Assembly: GCA_009698575.1 (NCBI GenBank)
Contig: WLPX01000008.1
Span: 4,782 to 68,781 of the forward strand
Length of the DNA: 64,000 nucleotides
Source of the DNA: Actinomycetota bacterium
GTDB lineage: Bacteria > Actinomycetota > Actinomycetes > S36-B12 > UBA5976
Direction: 5' to 3'
Under the pieces are notes generated by a model that had not been told where the DNA came from, did no database searches, and was given only the letters and a program-made list of their open reading frames with translations. Positions 1-8,572 of this stretch are shown here, one piece after another. A program made the position numbers and the translations under genes. The stretch's first letter is position 1. Every line of letters starts with the position of its first letter.

Positions 1-157
1 CAATCTAGTCTCTGCGATTGCCATTCCTAGAACCAGCGTGACAATAGTTGCCGCTACAGCAACAAAGACAACTGAAAACTTGCCATGATTACGTGTTGCA
101 TCTGATTCCGAATAATCAGACGCTAAAGCGTCCGCAAGTAGCGCATCCAGTGAAGCA

Positions 158-736
158 TCAAGTCTCATTGATACTCCTTCGCAGAGCAAGTATTTGTTTG
201 ATGTACAAAATGGCGGCGTACCAATACATGGTTATTCCCCAAAGCAAAAATGCCCAACCAAATATTTCCGCAAATTGCCCAACGTGACCGCTAAATGTGC
301 CCATCAATATAAGTGGCAGTGCATACAGCAAATTCATTGTTGCTGCTTTTCCTACGAAGTGCACTGGAACTCCGTTGTATCCATGCTTCTTTAGATAAGC
401 AAGGAATAGTGACATCACTACGTCACGGGACAGCAATGCAACAACCACCCAGACTGGAATCAATTCTCGGATGTAAAGTGCGAGCAAGGCAGCGACAACA
501 TATAACCGATCTGCCAGCGGATCCAGCAACTCTCCTAGCTTGCTGAACTGATTCAATCGTCGTGCCAGATAACCATCTAGCCAATCCGTAAACGAACTAA
601 TTACTAAAATTGTTAATGCTAGGCCGTCATTCTTAGGACCGACGATTAGCCAGAAAAAAACCGGCACTCCGAGCAGCCTTGCGGCGCTAAGCGCATTTGG
701 GATCGTCCAAATTCGGTAAGTCAATTGTTGGTTCAC
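158..736 (-). CDS. CDP-alcohol phosphatidyltransferase family phospholipid synthase (PgsA-type; PGP or cardiolipin synthase)
   Basis: 192-aa multi-TM ORF carrying the family motif DWLDGYLARR..G..LDPLADR (D-x2-DG-x2-AR...G-x3-D-x3-D). Confidence 0.8.
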   Translation of the reverse strand: MNQQLTYRIWTIPNALSAARLLGVPVFFWLIVGPKNDGLALTILVISSFTDWLDGYLARRLNQFSKLGELLDPLADRLYVVAALLALYIRELIPVWVVVALLSRDVVMSLFLAYLKKHGYNGVPVHFVGKAATMNLLYALPLILMGTFSGHVGQFAEIFGWAFLLWGITMYWYAAILYIKQILALRRSINET

Positions 737-787
737 TTAATACCTCACCAAGGCCTTACCCACTTTTGGCATATCTCAAGCCTACGG

Positions 788-816
788 TTAACGTGCACAT
801 TTCTATGCGATAACCT
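788..816 (+). promoter_or_regulatory. Possible promoter for the downstream tRNA (TTAACG-17 nt-TAACCT)
   Basis: -35-like TTAACG (788-793), a 17-nt spacer, and a TANNNT-type -10 TAACCT (811-816) about 20 nt upstream of the tRNA 5' end. Pattern match only. Confidence 0.25.
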
Positions 817-835
817 TTCACGAGTAAGAAATTAA

Positions 836-909
836 GCCCTGGTACTCCAACTGGCAGAGAGCGCGGTCTCAAACACCGTTCAGTGTGGGTTCGAATCCCA
901 CTCAGGGCA
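836..909 (+). tRNA. tRNA, 74 nt, class-I cloverleaf, apparent anticodon CAA (Leu codon UUG); isotype uncertain
   Basis: Manual fold. Acceptor GCCCTGG/TCAGGGC, U8, G18G19 at 853-854. Anticodon stem GCGGT/ACCGT with loop CTCAAAC (anticodon 870-872). 5-nt variable region. T arm GTGGG-TTCGAAT-CCCAC. A73. No encoded CCA. Confidence 0.7.
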
Positions 910-911
910 CA

Positions 912-1310
912 TTAGATCGCAGTTAACGACCCACGGATAGTGGCAATTTGGCCCAATAGTCCATTGATAAAGCGGCCAGATTCCGGAGTGCTAAGAACTG
1001 CAGCAATTTCTATCGCTTCCGAAACTGCTACTCCACTATCAACTTCTGGTCGCCACAGTAATTCGGCAATTCCAACTCGAACGATAGCTCGATCTACTGC
1101 AGGCATACGTTCCAGTGGCCAAGCCTGGGAGTAGGTTGCGATAACTTCGTCAATGCGATCGATATTTGTTTCTACAAGCGCTGCAAGTTCAATTGCATAA
1201 TCGTTGACATCAGGATTGCGCTCAAAAACATCCGTAGCAGTTACGCCACGTTGTTCAGCTTCGAATAAAGATTCGACTGCTCGTTGACGTGCTTTAGTTC
1301 TAGTGCGCAC
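912..1310 (-). CDS. nusB: Transcription antitermination factor NusB
   Basis: 132-aa ORF, N-terminus RTKARQRAVESLFEAE typical of NusB. Lies immediately downstream of efp, as in other actinobacteria. GTG start directly after the efp stop. Confidence 0.9.
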   Translation of the reverse strand: MRTRTKARQRAVESLFEAEQRGVTATDVFERNPDVNDYAIELAALVETNIDRIDEVIATYSQAWPLERMPAVDRAIVRVGIAELLWRPEVDSGVAVSEAIEIAAVLSTPESGRFINGLLGQIATIRGSLTAI

Positions 1311-1871
1311 TTAGTTAACTCGCCCCAGATATGAACCATCGCGAGTATCTACCTTGACTTTGGTATTTGATTCGATAAAAAGTGGAACCTTGATCTCAGC
1401 GCCTGTTTCTAACGTGGCCGGCTTACTTCCGGCGCTTGAACGATCGCCTTGCAAGCCTGGTTCGGTGTAAGTAATCATAAGTTCAACGCTGGCTGGCAGT
1501 TCAAGATAAATCGGAGCATCGTTGTGAATTGCTACAACACCTTCTTGATTCTCTAGCATGTACTTTGAGCCGTCGCCCACAATTGTGTCTGACAATGTGT
1601 ATTGCTCAAAAGTTTGTAGATCCATAAACACCCAGCCATCGCCATCTTTGTAGAGGTACTGCATGTTGCGCTTATCTACATCGGCGGTCTCAACTGACAC
1701 ACCTGCGTTAAAAGTTTTGTCTACAACTTTTCCGGAGAGGATGTTCTTCAACTTGGTGCGAACAAAAGCTGGACCCTTACCTGGCTTTACGTGCTGAAAT
1801 TCAACAACGGTCCAAAGCTGCCCATCAATGTTCAGGACTAGCCCGTTCTTCAGATCATTTGTTGACGCCAC
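1311..1871 (-). CDS. efp: Elongation factor P
   Basis: 186-aa [11 protein letters not shown]...[22 protein letters not shown] hallmark of EF-P. Confidence 0.95.
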   Translation of the reverse strand: MASTNDLKNGLVLNIDGQLWTVVEFQHVKPGKGPAFVRTKLKNILSGKVVDKTFNAGVSVETADVDKRNMQYLYKDGDGWVFMDLQTFEQYTLSDTIVGDGSKYMLENQEGVVAIHNDAPIYLELPASVELMITYTEPGLQGDRSSAGSKPATLETGAEIKVPLFIESNTKVKVDTRDGSYLGRVN

Positions 1872-1891
1872 GTGTACTCCTTGGTTGCTGC

Positions 1892-2944
1892 TTAAAGTTC
1901 AATTAGTTCGTATGAAAACTCGGTGTAGTTTTCATGACCTTGCATTGTGACAGCAACTGTGTCCTCGATCCGAACTCCCCCACGTTCAGGTAAGTAAGCT
2001 CCAGGTTCAATGGTTATCACCGTGTTCTTAGCAATCTTACCCGCTCGATTGCGACTGAAAAACGGCTCTTCATGGATCTCAAGTCCTACGCCATGACCTA
2101 GCCCGTGCGTGAAAAATTCGCGATAGCCCGTCTCAGCTAGTGAGGCGTTGACAGCGTCTTCGACGGAGCTGTAATCCACCACTGAACTTATGGTGCTACG
2201 CCCCGCAGCTTGTGCTTGCGCTACTGCTTGGTGCAATTCGACTTGCCACTGCGCTGGCTTTCCCATAACAAAAGTTCGAGTGCAATCTGCATGGTATCCA
2301 TCAACTTTGGCACCAAAATCTATCTTGAGTAAGTCCCCGGAACTCAATTCACGAGTTGTTGGCTCGTGGTGCGGTATCGCGCTGTTTGGGCCACCGGCAA
2401 CAATTGATGCAAAAGCGATGTCATCAGCCCCGAGTTCCCGCATTCGATTCTCAAGTAGATCTCGCACTTGTCTTTCCGTGAGACCAACCTGAACTTTTGG
2501 CAGAATGTCACTTAGTGCCTGAGTGGAAATCTGGCAGGCTGCACGAATCGACTGCATTTCTGACTGGTCTTTCACACTGCGCAACTGCTCAATAACTCCA
2601 TCAGTTTCCAAAAATGACATTTTGGAATTGGAATCTTTAAGTGCCTTGAGAGCATTTACTGAGATGTCATCACCCTCTACCAAAACTTCTCGTTGCGGTT
2701 GTCCGCGAAGTAGTAGTTCAGACAGATTCCGACCAATCATGATCTCCACACCGATGGTTTGATTTGCGCTCTGAATCTCGTATCGAGAGTCGGTAGCTAG
2801 TGTTGCTGAGTTTTTTGTTACAAACAGCGCACCGTTTGAGCCGGTGAATCCACAAAGATACCGAACATTAATTAGATTGGTGACGTAGAGCCCTTGATCG
2901 TCGGCTAATTCAGATTGCAGCCGTTCGATTCGCTGTAACGTCAC
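1892..2944 (-). CDS. Xaa-Pro aminopeptidase / M24 family metallopeptidase
   Basis: 350-aa ORF with the M24 metal-ligand region [15 protein letters not shown] and a creatinase-like N-terminal domain. Syntenic with the pepQ-type gene next to efp. Confidence 0.85.
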   Translation of the reverse strand: MTLQRIERLQSELADDQGLYVTNLINVRYLCGFTGSNGALFVTKNSATLATDSRYEIQSANQTIGVEIMIGRNLSELLLRGQPQREVLVEGDDISVNALKALKDSNSKMSFLETDGVIEQLRSVKDQSEMQSIRAACQISTQALSDILPKVQVGLTERQVRDLLENRMRELGADDIAFASIVAGGPNSAIPHHEPTTRELSSGDLLKIDFGAKVDGYHADCTRTFVMGKPAQWQVELHQAVAQAQAAGRSTISSVVDYSSVEDAVNASLAETGYREFFTHGLGHGVGLEIHEEPFFSRNRAGKIAKNTVITIEPGAYLPERGGVRIEDTVAVTMQGHENYTEFSYELIEL

Positions 2945-3378
2945 AACTTAACTAGTGCCTGCAATGCAAGCAGGTAGGACTGTGCGCCAAAACCACTGAT
3001 TGTTCCTGTTGCCAGTCCAGAGATCAAAGAGGTGTGCCTAAACTCTTCACGCGCAATCGGGTTACTTAGGTGTACTTCGATCAAGCCTGCTGTCAGCATT
3101 GCGGCCGCATCACGAATCGCAACTGAGTAGTGAGTAAATGCTGCTGGGTTCATAATTACGAAGGTCTTAGTTTCTGCAGCCTCGTGTAGCCAGGAAATTA
3201 AAGTAGCTTCATCATTGGTCTGGCGAAAATCAACTTCGAGCTTAAGCGTGGTAGCAGTTTCAACGCACAACTTCTCGATATCTTGCAACGACAAAGTCCC
3301 GTAAACATCCGGTTCTCTAGTCCCCAATCGATCTAGATTCGGGCCATTGAGAATCATAACTTTTCGCATGCTAGTCAC
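2941..3378 (-). CDS. aroQ: Type II 3-dehydroquinate dehydratase
   Basis: 145-aa ORF, ILNGPNLDRLGTREPDVYG motif. Confidence 0.93.
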   Translation of the reverse strand: MTSMRKVMILNGPNLDRLGTREPDVYGTLSLQDIEKLCVETATTLKLEVDFRQTNDEATLISWLHEAAETKTFVIMNPAAFTHYSVAIRDAAAMLTAGLIEVHLSNPIAREEFRHTSLISGLATGTISGFGAQSYLLALQALVKL

Positions 3379-4450
3379 TTTGCCCTAGTTTGTTGTAAGC
3401 CGCAATCAGCAACGCCGAGTCAGGATCTTCAAGAATATTTGGCTTAGCGATATCTTCCAGAACTATAAACCGAAGTTTTGCGCCACGCGCCTTTTTGTCT
3501 ATCCGCATGGCATCAAGTAACTGATTGAACGTACCCCTGTTGTAGGTAATTGGTAAACCAACACCCGACAGAATATCGCTATGACGAGTCACTATTTGGG
3601 CATCAAGTCGACCAGCAAGATGCGACAAGTTAGCTACAAACATCATTCCCACAGCTACTGCGTTGCCGTGTCTCCAAGTGAACTTCTCGTTGCGTTCTAC
3701 GGCGTGACCAAATGTGTGACCATAGTTCAAGATCTCACGACCGGCGCTAGTTCCTAGCGTCTCTCGCAGGTCATTCCCAACCACATCAGCTTTAACTTGA
3801 ATTGCTCTAGCAATTACTTCCTCGGCGTGTACCCAATTTGGCGATTGCGCACCAACTAAGTCGCTTTCGAGTAAAACTAAAATTTGTTCATCACGGATGA
3901 AACCACACTTAATCACTTCGGCTAACCCACCCACATAATCTTGGGTAGTTTGCGAGTCCAGGAAATTCATGTCGCACAACACAGCGATCGGTGAGTAAAT
4001 GGCGCCGACTAGATTCTTGCCTTCACCAGTATTGATTCCAGTCTTACCGCCCACCGCGGCATCTACCATTCCCAGCAAAGTTGTTGGAATGTGTAAAACT
4101 TTCACACCACGTAACCATGTCGCAGCAACGAACCCGGCTAAATCAGTCGTGGCGCCACCACCAATAGAAATAATCAGGTCATTTCGGGTGAATCCAGCTT
4201 TACCAAGAGCCATCCAGCAAAACTCAAGTACTGCTGCAGTCTTGGCATTTTCAGCATCAGGAACTTCAATTGCAATCGACTCAACATCGGAAATTTGCAG
4301 TCTGAGTTTTGCGGCATGATCTCGCATCGACTCAGGATGTATGACTGCGACTCGTGATACGCCTGATAAGTAAGTGTCTATGTTGGACAAGATATTGCGG
4401 CCCACTACTACTTCGTATTTATGCTCGGCATGTACTTCGATGACAGTCAT
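3371..4450 (-). CDS. aroB: 3-dehydroquinate synthase
   Basis: 359-aa ORF, GGGATTDLAGFVAATWLRG nucleotide-binding region, inside the aro cluster. Confidence 0.93.
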   Translation of the reverse strand: MTVIEVHAEHKYEVVVGRNILSNIDTYLSGVSRVAVIHPESMRDHAAKLRLQISDVESIAIEVPDAENAKTAAVLEFCWMALGKAGFTRNDLIISIGGGATTDLAGFVAATWLRGVKVLHIPTTLLGMVDAAVGGKTGINTGEGKNLVGAIYSPIAVLCDMNFLDSQTTQDYVGGLAEVIKCGFIRDEQILVLLESDLVGAQSPNWVHAEEVIARAIQVKADVVGNDLRETLGTSAGREILNYGHTFGHAVERNEKFTWRHGNAVAVGMMFVANLSHLAGRLDAQIVTRHSDILSGVGLPITYNRGTFNQLLDAMRIDKKARGAKLRFIVLEDIAKPNILEDPDSALLIAAYNKLGQSD

Positions 4451-4962
4451 CAGCCAACCTCTAACTTAGCTAAATCATCTGTGATTGCCTGCACTACTTC
4501 GCTTGGAATAAGTTTTGAGGTATCGATTGCAATAGTCGCAACTTCTTTGTAAAGCGGCTCACGTGCTGCCATTAAATCTGCAAGTTGCCCGCGTACGTTG
4601 CCCAATAAAAGTGGTCGATTGCGATTCATGCCTACGCGATCAACTGCCTGTGCTAACCCGGCAATTAACCAAACAACTTTTGCCTTGCGCACTTGGGAAC
4701 GGGTGTCGTCGTTCCCTAAAGATCCACCACCTAAAGCGAGCACTGCCTCATCAGTTTGTAAAAGTTCGCAAACAATATCGTGTTCAAGTTTGCGAAACGC
4801 TGGCTCGCCATCTTGCGTAAATATGTCGGAAACACTTTTGCCGGCACGGCTCTCAATAACTTGATCGCTATCAAAGAAGTTAACGTTCAGCTCCCGCGCT
4901 AGCAGCTTGCCAACTGTAGTTTTGCCGGCGCCAGGAACTCCAACCAACACGATGGGTGCCAC
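4450..4962 (-). CDS. aroK: Shikimate kinase
   Basis: 170-aa ORF, P-loop GVPGAGKTTVGKLLA, inside the aro cluster. Confidence 0.92.
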   Translation of the reverse strand: MAPIVLVGVPGAGKTTVGKLLARELNVNFFDSDQVIESRAGKSVSDIFTQDGEPAFRKLEHDIVCELLQTDEAVLALGGGSLGNDDTRSQVRKAKVVWLIAGLAQAVDRVGMNRNRPLLLGNVRGQLADLMAAREPLYKEVATIAIDTSKLIPSEVVQAITDDLAKLEVG

Positions 4963-4964
4963 GG

Positions 4965-6140
4965 TTACATCCTTAAATGTGAGCGGTAGGACGCAATGTT
5001 TCGGGCAGTCTCTATAACGTGATCTCCACCAAATTTTTCAAGAACGGCATCTGCCAACACCAATGCGACCATAGCTTCCGCTACTACGCCAGACGCAGGC
5101 ACTGCGCAGGCATCACTTCGCTGCGAGATCGCAGTTGCAGCCTGGCCAGTTTCAACATCAACTGTTGCTAACGCACGTGGCACAGTTGAAATCGGTTTCA
5201 TCGCAGCACGTACTCGGATCGCTTCCCCAGTACTCATGCCACCTTCGGTACCACCACTGCGGCTGGTATTGCGATGCAGTGATTCACCATCAAGATAAAT
5301 TTCATCATGTGCTTGTGAACCGCGTCGCCGCGCAGTTTCGAAGCCATCCCCAACTTCAACACCTTTAATCGCTTGAATACCCATCAGCGCTGCTGCTAGT
5401 CGACTGTCGAGGCGACGATCCCAATGCACGTGAGACCCCAGGCCTACTGGGACACCATGTGCGACTACTTCTACTACGCCACCGAGCGTGTCACCATCAG
5501 CTTGGGCAGATGTGATCTCTGCTTGCATTGCGGCGCTTGCAGTTGGTGAAAAGCAGCGCACTGGATCATTGTCAATGTCTGCTAAATCTTGAAAATCTGG
5601 AATTTCAGTTGAGTCCGTAGCAACAGATCCGATGCTAACTACATGGCTAAGGACTGTGATGCCAGCAACTTGCTCTAAAAACTTTTTAGCAACTTCACCA
5701 AGGGCTACTCTCGCGGCAGTTTCCCGCGCACTTGCTCGTTCTAAAATTGGACGCGCATCGGTGTGCGAATATTTCTGCATTCCGGCAAGATCAGCGTGGC
5801 CAGGTCGCGGTCTAGTTAAAGGTGCATTGCGTGCCACGTTTTCTAAACTTGCAGCATCTACTGGATCAGCGGACATCACGTCCTGCCATTTTGGCCATTC
5901 CGAATTGGCGATAGTTATGGCAATTGGGCCACCTTGCGTGAAACCGTGCCTAATGCCACCAGTTATTGTCACGGCGTCTTGTTCAAATTTCATCCGAGCG
6001 CCGCGTCCAAATCCCAGGCGGCGGCGGGCTAGTGCGGCATCGATGTCAGCTGTTGCAACTTCTACGCCTGCTGGCAGTCCTTCCAGAATCGCGGACAGCG
6101 CAGGACCATGAGATTCTCCTGCAGTTAACCAGCGCAACAT
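4965..6140 (-). CDS. aroC: Chorismate synthase
   Basis: 391-aa ORF, N-terminus [15 protein letters not shown] typical of AroC. Confidence 0.95.
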   Translation of the reverse strand: MLRWLTAGESHGPALSAILEGLPAGVEVATADIDAALARRRLGFGRGARMKFEQDAVTITGGIRHGFTQGGPIAITIANSEWPKWQDVMSADPVDAASLENVARNAPLTRPRPGHADLAGMQKYSHTDARPILERASARETAARVALGEVAKKFLEQVAGITVLSHVVSIGSVATDSTEIPDFQDLADIDNDPVRCFSPTASAAMQAEITSAQADGDTLGGVVEVVAHGVPVGLGSHVHWDRRLDSRLAAALMGIQAIKGVEVGDGFETARRRGSQAHDEIYLDGESLHRNTSRSGGTEGGMSTGEAIRVRAAMKPISTVPRALATVDVETGQAATAISQRSDACAVPASGVVAEAMVALVLADAVLEKFGGDHVIETARNIASYRSHLRM

Positions 6141-6185
6141 GCCTCTAGTCTTTCACCTTTTGGGCAATAACACCGAATTGGCGAC

Positions 6186-7010
6186 TTAGATTGTGCTTAA
6201 TCCGCGGGCAAGCAGTTCGGAATTTAGCGCATCTCGCATTTGGCCTAGCGGCGCCACTTCACCAGTCATCAGATTTACTTGGTGTCCAGCTTGATGTAAC
6301 AGCATTGATAAACCCGAAAGAATCTGTCCTCCAGTAACTGACCAGCACGCAGCTAACTGAGTCGGCCACGGATCGTAAACAACATCTAGAAGTAGACCTT
6401 GTGGTCGAAAAACCTGTTGCGCAATTTCATCTAACACGCCAGCTGGAGTGGTATTAATTACTAAATCACTTTCCATCCATGTAGTTTCGCCAAGTGCGTG
6501 AGACTTCACATCCAAGTTCAGTTGTGTCCCTAATTCCGCCATCCGGACAATATCAATTTCGTTGCGTGCTACCACTGATACTTCGTTAGCGCCTAACTCA
6601 CGTAGTGCAACGAGCGCAGATCGTGCGCTAGCGCCAGAGCCAAAAATGGTTGCCGTCGCAATCGTTTCGTGCCCAGCTTCTCGAACTGCGTCCACAATTC
6701 CAAGTACGTCGGTGTTGTATCCGCGAAGTACATCACTAAAAACTAAAGTATTAATTGCGCCAGTCTTGATTGCAAGTTCATCACATGCTGGTAACAACTC
6801 AAATGCAACCTCTTTCAGCGGCATGGTCAACGAAAGACCCAACCAATTCGCGTCCAAACCATTCACGAAATCAATAAGGCCTGCTTTCGGAACTTCAATT
6901 GCCTCGTAGGTGTGTGTTAGATCAAGAGCATCGTAGGCAGCGCGATGTAGAACTGGTGACAACGAATGTGAAACTGGACTTCCTAGAACTGCTGCTTTCA
7001 TTACCAACAC
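6186..7010 (-). CDS. aroE: Shikimate dehydrogenase
   Basis: 274-aa ORF, VLGSPVSHSLSPVLHRAAY substrate-binding motif. Confidence 0.9.
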   Translation of the reverse strand: MLVMKAAVLGSPVSHSLSPVLHRAAYDALDLTHTYEAIEVPKAGLIDFVNGLDANWLGLSLTMPLKEVAFELLPACDELAIKTGAINTLVFSDVLRGYNTDVLGIVDAVREAGHETIATATIFGSGASARSALVALRELGANEVSVVARNEIDIVRMAELGTQLNLDVKSHALGETTWMESDLVINTTPAGVLDEIAQQVFRPQGLLLDVVYDPWPTQLAACWSVTGGQILSGLSMLLHQAGHQVNLMTGEVAPLGQMRDALNSELLARGLSTI

Positions 7011-8140
7011 GTCCCAGGATTTGCATCGCAGAAAGCTAAGAACTGGTCTTTGTAAACCAAGAACTCCGAATAGGACTTAGTAAATTTTGTCTCCTGGGTA
7101 TTCAAATCAATTGTGATGAAGTAAATCCAATCGCCAGCATCAGGATTGAGCGCAGCTTCAATTGCCTCTGCCCCAGGATTATCGATTGGTGTTGGTGTTA
7201 ACCCATCGTGTAAATACATGTTGTAAGGCGTGTCTTTATTGAGTAGATCAGTTGTCAAAATAACGTCGGTCTTGCCAAGTCCGTAATTAACAGTGGAATC
7301 AAATTCCAGGCGCATTGGCATTGCTAGTCGGTTGTATACAACTCTGGCTACTTTGCCAAAGTCGCGCGGATGTCCTTCAACTTCAAGTAACGATGCGACA
7401 GTCACAATCTCGTATGGAGACCTACCCATTTGTGCTGCGCGTGCTTCTAAATCCAAGCGTTTCGCTTCAGAATCAAATTTGGCGATCAACGTTTTTAGAA
7501 TGTCTTTCGCGCTCATGCCTGGAGCTAGGTCATACGTGGCGGGAAATAGGAAACCTTCTACATTTCCTCCGGCATATGAAGGTAGGCCTAGATCACTTGA
7601 ACTAGCTGCTGCCTCAAAATCAGCAACTGGAATTCCAGTGGCTTTAGCCAACTCTTCGTAAATCCAAGCCGCCCGTTTACCTTCTGGAATTACCACCTTG
7701 TCGACAACTTTTGTAGCAGAGTCAAGCAGCGCTTCTATTGCGCCGCTTGCGCTCATTTCAAACTTCAAGTCGTACATGCCAGCAGAAATCTTGGCTGAGT
7801 CTGGATTGTCAGCTGCAGCTGCCACAAAGGCGTCTACGGATTTAACGACGCCGTTTGCCTTGAGAGTATTTCCAATTTTGGCGATGGAATCACCTTCTTG
7901 AATTTCTACTCGCACATTCCCAGTACCAGGACCCGGGAAATCCGGAGCGCTAGACAACCGAGCAGCCAATTTTGGCGCTAGCAACACTGCTATGACAGCA
8001 ACAATGACAATCCCAAAAATAATTTTCGAAAACGAACTATTTCTAGGCTGTTTGCGACCGCGAGATGGTTTCGCAGGCTCCGACATCGCGTTTAGCTTGT
8101 CTAGATCACTCACGAGTCGACTCCACAATCTGTCCGACAA
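7001..8140 (-). CDS. mltG: Endolytic murein transglycosylase MltG (YceG family)
   Basis: 379-aa ORF with an N-terminal TM anchor and YceG-like C-terminal region (..LEFDSTVNYGLGK..). Conserved position between ruvX and aroE. Confidence 0.85.
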   Translation of the reverse strand: MSDRLWSRLVSDLDKLNAMSEPAKPSRGRKQPRNSSFSKIIFGIVIVAVIAVLLAPKLAARLSSAPDFPGPGTGNVRVEIQEGDSIAKIGNTLKANGVVKSVDAFVAAAADNPDSAKISAGMYDLKFEMSASGAIEALLDSATKVVDKVVIPEGKRAAWIYEELAKATGIPVADFEAAASSSDLGLPSYAGGNVEGFLFPATYDLAPGMSAKDILKTLIAKFDSEAKRLDLEARAAQMGRSPYEIVTVASLLEVEGHPRDFGKVARVVYNRLAMPMRLEFDSTVNYGLGKTDVILTTDLLNKDTPYNMYLHDGLTPTPIDNPGAEAIEAALNPDAGDWIYFITIDLNTQETKFTKSYSEFLVYKDQFLAFCDANPGTCW

Positions 8141-8570
8141 AATCCCCTTGTCGCTTTTCTGACTCTAGTGCGTGCTCCAGAATCACTACTGCTGCGGCTT
8201 GATCAATAATGCTCTTACTGTTCTTTGTGTTGCGTCCCGTTTCATGAAGGCCGCGTTGCGCCGAAACGGTGCTGAGGCGCTCATCAATTAATCGAACTGC
8301 AATTCCTTGGGTCAATGCCTGGGCAAGTTGTGTCGCAAACTCAGCAGCAGCTGTCGTTGATTTTGTCGTCGCTCCCGATAAGTTCACTGGATTACCTACA
8401 TAAACTGCAATTGCTTGATGTTCTAAAATCAGTGCCAGGATTTCTGTTACAGATTCCGATCCGTAATCAATTGTTGCTAAGGGATAAGCCATCAACCCGT
8501 CCGCATCGCAAGCAGCTACACCAATTCGAACGGAACCTACATCCAGACTGAGCCGAACCCCGCGCTGCAA
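8106..8570 (-). CDS. ruvX: Holliday junction resolvase-like nuclease RuvX/YqgF
   Basis: 154-aa ORF, LSLDVGSVRIGVAACD RNase H-fold start, located downstream of alaS. Confidence 0.88.
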   Translation of the reverse strand: MQRGVRLSLDVGSVRIGVAACDADGLMAYPLATIDYGSESVTEILALILEHQAIAVYVGNPVNLSGATTKSTTAAAEFATQLAQALTQGIAVRLIDERLSTVSAQRGLHETGRNTKNSKSIIDQAAAVVILEHALESEKRQGDFVGQIVESTRE

Positions 8571-8572
8571 AT

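Noticed and set aside
1-157. The window-edge region has protein-like open frames on both strands. On the minus strand, the frame continuing in phase after the pgsA-type TGA reads ..DYSESDATRNHGKFSVVFVAVAATIVTLVLGMAIAETRL. On the plus strand, a frame ends at about position 85 (..AIAIPRTSVTIVAATATKTTENLP). There is also a small hairpin GACGC-TAAA-GCGTC at 119-132.
   Set aside because: The minus-strand frame has no ATG/GTG/TTG start before the TM-like segment. The plus-strand frame is only a 28-codon fragment cut by the window edge. An open stretch of about 50 codons is not statistically compelling, so I cannot decide strand or function without upstream sequence.
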